From Craspedostauros australis (lineage: Eukaryota): DNA of 47,515 nucleotides. A program made the translations under genes and the position numbers. The notes below the pieces were generated by a model. The model worked only from the letters and a program-made list of their open reading frames with translations, did not search any database and was not told where the DNA came from. How positions within the stretch are numbered: the stretch's first letter is position 1; each line of letters starts with the position of its first letter. This document shows positions 45,500-47,515 of the stretch, piece after piece. The stretch covers positions 1 through 47,515 of the forward strand of contig JALAGF010006492.1 of NCBI GenBank assembly GCA_030167865.1. Reading direction: 5' to 3'.

Positions 45500-47489
45500 A
45501 TGAAGTTCACCATCACAGCAACTGCCGTTGCGCTCCTTTGCGCTTCCAGCATCAACGCCTTCGTGCCACAGAAGGCCGCACAGCCATTCGGAACGGGCAT
45601 CCGATCTGCAGCCGTCGAAGACGCTGTCACCGCAAGAACCGGAAAGCCGACGGGAACATCCTTCCTTCCTGAAGAGACAGTCGAGAGAGCGAAGAAGGGC
45701 AACCCAACCGAGAAGGCCAAACTCGCCAAAGACCCAACCTCCGCATGGGTCGATGTGTACGAGTACGCACGCAAGATCCGCGAGGGAGAGATGACATGGG
45801 AGGAAGTGGAGAAGGCTGACTTGGACACTGTAAGATCTTTCGCATCTTGGGAGCATTTTCCCATCCTCGTTGTGCCTCGCATTGGACGGCATCACCTTTC
45901 TTCATCTCATCATTCAAGCTGTTATGGTTTGGTTTGAGAGAAATTGGATGTGGCAGAATTGAGAATTGGTGCTGAGGATCGCAGCAGAGTGTCAAGAGAG
46001 GAGCATCGATGGTTGCCACCATGCTGTGACATGTGCCGTATCAACATGGCACCTACGACATGCGAACTCATCATCTGCCGCTTTTGTGCTTTCCATACTG
46101 TCTTTGTGTCCCCCCTCTCTCGCTCTTTTCTCTCTCTCTCTCTGGTTGTGCGGCTGTTCCTTGGTGTCCCATCGATTTCGATATCTCGCGCACTTGAAAT
46201 TGGCACATGCTCGTACGTATTCGGACACCATCACGCAACCACGCCATCACATCATCGCAACAACCACAGCGCCTGAAATATGTTGGAATGCTCCACCGTA
46301 ACAAGCGCACACCAGGACAATTCATGATGCGCCTCAAGGTGCCAAATGGCATCGTCAATGCCGACCAAATGCGATTCTACGCTGACTGCGTGGAGAAGTA
46401 CGGAGAGGAGTACGGTGTCGTCGACATCACAACGCGTGCCAACATCCAGCTGCGTGGCGTCAAGATCGAGGATGCCGGTGACATTCTCGATGGGCTCCAC
46501 GCGCGCAACCAGACGTCCATCCAATCTGCATTGGACAGCGTGCGCAACATGGTGGGAAGTCCATTGGCAGGCATCGATGACCAGGAGTTGGTCGACACTC
46601 GCGTTCTTTGCAACGCAGTCAATGACCTCATCAGCATGGATCCAGTGACCGAAACACGAGGCAACCCACAGTGGGCCAACCTCCCGCGCAAGTTCAACAT
46701 CGCCATCAGCGGATCCCGTGATGACTTTGCGCACACACACATCAACGACGTCGGCATGCAGCCATGCGCGCATGCCGAGACAGGAGAGATGGGCTTCAAC
46801 ATCGTGCTCGGTGGATTCATGTCCATCAAGCGCGTCGCCGAGTCCGTCGACTCCGGCATGTGGATCCCGGCCGATCGCGAGTCCGTGGTGACCTTCTGCG
46901 AGGCCATCCTGCGCATCTTCCGTGACGAGAGTGAGCGCAAGAACCGTCAGGCGGCCAGATTGATGTTTTTGGTTGAGAAGTACGGAGTGGAGGAGTTCAA
47001 GGCAGCCGTCATAAAGGAGGTCGAGAGCTACGGCCGCGGAGTGAAGGTCGAGGATCAGCAACCCCGCGAGACGGACGTGTTCGAGCGACGTGAGTTGTTG
47101 GGCGTGCACCCACAGAAACAGAAGGGCAAGGTCCGTGTCGGCGTCCACGTCCCAGCAGGCCGTCTGAGCCAGACCGAATGCCGTGATCTGGCCGACCTCG
47201 CAGACAAGTACTCTGCCGGAGAGATCCGCATGACTGTCGAGCAGAATCTGATCTTCCCCAACGTCGATGAGGGCAAGGTCAAGGAGATGCTTGCGGAGCC
47301 CGTGCTTGGCAAGGGATCCCGCATGTCTGCATCGCCAGGTTTCATTGAGGGCAACGTCGTGTCTTGTACGGGAGCCCAGTTCTGTGGACTTGCATTGATC
47401 GAGACCAAGGGGAATGCTGAGGCCCTTTCCAAGAAGCTCGAGGATCTCGTGACGGTGGATCGTCCTATCCGCATCCATTGGACTGGATG
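45500..47489 (+). CDS. NiR: Plastid ferredoxin-nitrite reductase (exons 45500-45829, 46270-47489; 3' end beyond window)
   Basis: Presequence ...SSINA-FVP; FMMRLKVPNG, DITTRANIQLR, NLPRKFNIAI, HTHIND; siroheme/4Fe-4S motifs VSCTGAQFC and HWTG(C), the latter split by a GTAAG donor at 47490. Confidence 0.95.
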
Positions 47490-47515
47490 GTAAGTGATTG
47501 CGGGCACTGTGTGTG

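Overview
Eukaryotic nuclear DNA, most likely from a diatom or related photosynthetic stramenopile. This is inferred from GT-AG introns, ASAFAP-type bipartite plastid presequences, a diatom-type bZIP-PAS factor and a ferredoxin-nitrite reductase. I reconstructed 18 protein-coding genes by hand, 12 of them spliced. In order: the 5' part of an ESCRT-III Snf7 homologue (not visible as one ORF in the track), a calmodulin-like gene, a TLC-domain membrane protein, a secreted and probably GPI-anchored alpha-carbonic anhydrase, a stand-alone PX protein, a helical-repeat protein, a signal-peptide PfkB kinase fused to a xylose-isomerase-like domain, CWC22, RPT3, a plastid-targeted repeat protein, an ER thioredoxin-like membrane protein, an L7Ae (POP3/Rpp38-like) protein, RAD6, a polyQ bZIP-PAS factor spanning a 50-N gap, a CRT-like transporter, an unknown plastid membrane protein, a histidine phosphatase and NSF. 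A nineteenth gene, Fd-nitrite reductase (also spliced), is cut by the right edge. About 3.5 kb (roughly 800-4300) is gene-free and looks like decayed repeat or transposon DNA. The most notable items are (1) the secretory kinase-isomerase fusion with a ubiquitin-like IRGG linker and (2) a cell-surface alpha-CA with RXL motifs, preceded by six TGACGT/ACGTCA (CCRE-type) elements. All family assignments come from motif recognition by eye; no database searches were run.
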